A DNA stretch of 64,000 bases, taken from the NCBI GenBank assembly GCA_947252455.1, contig CAMXVQ010000002.1, positions 18,549-82,548 on the forward strand, written 5' to 3'. The position numbers were made by a program, and so were the translations under genes. Numbering within the stretch: position 1 is the first letter of the stretch; every line of letters starts with the position of its first letter. This document shows, one piece after another, positions 62,374 to 64,000 of the stretch. This DNA is from an uncultured Atopobium sp. GTDB taxonomy: Bacteria > Actinomycetota > Coriobacteriia > Coriobacteriales > Atopobiaceae. The notes beneath the pieces were generated by a model. That model was not told the origin of the DNA and did not search any database. It saw nothing but the letters and a program-made list of their open reading frames with translations.

Positions 62374-63318
62374 TTACATTTGTCTATCAGTTTGAGGTAA
62401 AAAGACCGACCAATCAGGTGTTGCCGATAAAATGGTACCTACAAATATAGCAATACAACAAATAATACTTATAAGATTAGGCATAGTAGCTGCATACAAC
62501 GATGAAAAAATGAGAGCCCATGCGCAATAAGAAATATTGCACGCCATCGCGCGTGCAGCACCTGTAACGTCGATTGCTTTGTAGTAGAACAAATACGACA
62601 AAGCACCTGCAATACCTGCGCCTATAACAAATATGCTAGCAGGCGCAACTGACATCTGTGCAACAAAACCCCATGCACCAACTAAAGGCAGCACAATTAA
62701 AGCGTAGGTAAGACTGGAAGTAAGCTCATGAATTAAAAGCGCTACATCGCAATCTAGATCTTGGGTAGACTGTAGCCCCCATGAGGCAAAAACAGCACCA
62801 GAACCCCATGCAAGAACACAGATAAATGCTGCCGCAACACCAATAATCGTGTTTCCTTCAACCGAACCTTGTGCAGTTTGCAAGCCAACCATAATAACAC
62901 CTGCAAGCGCCACAAAAAGGGCAACAAGACGTTGAGTATTCATTGATTCCTTAAGGAAGAATACCGCAAGAAATGTACCAACCGCGGGGTAAAATGCCGA
63001 GATAATTGCAGTTGGTGCCGGTCCTATATTGTTGATACTCGACATATACGCATTCATGCCAACAGGGCCGCTCATAAGAGCACCACAACATATGATGAGA
63101 GCTCCTTTTGTACGCAATGCCTGCAAAAACTGAGAAAATTTTCCGCGCACAACAACAAGTGTAATCAAAACTAACGCACTTATAATGTCGTGAACAGCCG
63201 CACACACCAAAGCCGCGTCAAGGGCACTATTAAACGGATGATACAAAAATGCAATGCCTAAAATACAGGTATCTAAACCCCATAAGATACCGCTTAAAAG
63301 ACCAAATTTCATACACAT
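62374..63318 (-). CDS. DMT-superfamily membrane transporter, GRP (glucose/ribose uptake, GlcU-like) family
   Basis: 314 aa with about 10 TM helices. The overall similarity is to sugar-uptake GRP proteins. The family assignment is tentative. Confidence 0.5.
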   Translation of the reverse strand: MCMKFGLLSGILWGLDTCILGIAFLYHPFNSALDAALVCAAVHDIISALVLITLVVVRGKFSQFLQALRTKGALIICCGALMSGPVGMNAYMSSINNIGPAPTAIISAFYPAVGTFLAVFFLKESMNTQRLVALFVALAGVIMVGLQTAQGSVEGNTIIGVAAAFICVLAWGSGAVFASWGLQSTQDLDCDVALLIHELTSSLTYALIVLPLVGAWGFVAQMSVAPASIFVIGAGIAGALSYLFYYKAIDVTGAARAMACNISYCAWALIFSSLYAATMPNLISIICCIAIFVGTILSATPDWSVFLPQTDRQM

Positions 63319-63394
63319 CTCCCCTGCTTATACTCAAAAGCACATCATGCACTCATGGCATATAGTCATTCAAGAATACAAATAATTACAATGT

Positions 63395-63999
63395 CTAGTT
63401 TTTCCAAGCTGGAGCAATGCCACTTTCATACCAAGCCAAAATTTTATCGACATACTCGCCAGCATAACGGTAGTAAATATAGAGCCACACATCAACATTT
63501 TCGCCTTCGGCCTCTTTTTCAAGCGACCAAATATACCAACACCAGCCTGCAAATATAACGTACGCCCAGAAATGTCGACGTTCTTTGTCTGAAGCTTTTC
63601 TCCCAAAATAATAATCAATACATCTATTAGCACGTTCTTCGTCAAGCGAGCAGCATACACAAAACGTTCCAAAGTCATTGGCAATATCAGACATGCCTGC
63701 ATATTCCCAGTCGATAAGCGTCATGGTGTCGTGCTCGTCTAACAGAAGATTAAGCATATAAAAATCATTATGTGATATGCATAAGGGATACCCATCAGCC
63801 TCTGCATACGATTTAAGTAAGGTAACTTTTTCTTTTAATTCATCGTAGCCATAAATATCAATAGGTCCATGCTCTTTAAGAAGTTGCTCGTAGCGCAAGC
63901 CTTCATCAAAGAAATCAAAGTGACGAGCAAGTTGTGCCGAGCTGTCATGAAGCGTTCTGCACATCTGCATCGCACGTTTAAGCTGAGCGTCATCGGTTG
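63395..63999 (-). CDS. aminoglycoside/choline-kinase-family phosphotransferase, C-terminal part (5' end beyond the window)
   Basis: The catalytic loop HNDFYMLNLL and the metal-binding IDWEYAG lie in an open frame that continues to the window edge. Confidence 0.55.
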   Translation of the reverse strand, partial: TDDAQLKRAMQMCRTLHDSSAQLARHFDFFDEGLRYEQLLKEHGPIDIYGYDELKEKVTLLKSYAEADGYPLCISHNDFYMLNLLLDEHDTMTLIDWEYAGMSDIANDFGTFCVCCSLDEERANRCIDYYFGRKASDKERRHFWAYVIFAGWCWYIWSLEKEAEGENVDVWLYIYYRYAGEYVDKILAWYESGIAPAWKN

Positions 64000-64000
64000 G

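Noticed and set aside
1-63999. CRISPR arrays, IS elements, rRNA operons
   Set aside because: I found no regularly spaced direct repeats, no transposase-like ORFs and no rRNA-like sequence on either strand.

Overview
This window is a gene-dense housekeeping stretch of a moderate-GC Gram-positive chromosome. I saw no rRNA, CRISPR array, IS element or prophage.

Gene order runs as follows. A partial cinA-like gene is followed by recA and recX. A complete, translationally coupled trpEGDCFBA operon sits on the minus strand. An 836-bp gap separates it from rny (RNase Y), which is followed by an orphan GHKL-ATPase gene, spoVS, miaB, miaA and hflX. Next come lexA with a co-directional membrane gene, a divergent small LysM-like gene, and nrdR-dut with two NCS2 nucleobase permeases and trxB. 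Further on are a ClC channel, an NlpC/P60 hydrolase and apt. A MerR/FHA/RidA/GcvT-like cluster follows, resembling the actinobacterial FtsR/OdhI-GarA pair. Then come pgsA-like, tRNA-Val, a MIP channel, tRNA-Ala and tRNA-Met. A long minus-strand block matches actinobacterial (Coriobacteriia-like) synteny: proS, ispG, rseP, dxr, cdsA, uppS, frr, pyrH, tsf, rpsB, xerC/D-type recombinase, trmFO, dprA, comM, yraN, a FemX-like gene, rnhB and rplS. The window ends with ppdK, murJ, ybaK, uvrA, a GRP-type transporter and a partial APH/ChoK-like kinase.

The regulatory elements I can support from sequence are a T-box leader with a UGG (Trp) specifier upstream of trpE, GAAC-N4-GTTC LexA boxes at recA and lexA, and several rho-independent terminators.

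The most unusual observations are a FemX/FemAB-like gene interrupted by an in-frame TAA at codon 15, an uncharacterised 376-aa GHKL-ATPase protein wedged between rny and spoVS, and the SOS-type lexA locus with a divergent LysM-like small membrane protein and a co-operonic DUF1624-like membrane protein.

The ORF track uses ATG, GTG and TTG as starts; I checked them against the sequence and moved several to internal ATGs with good Shine-Dalgarno sites.
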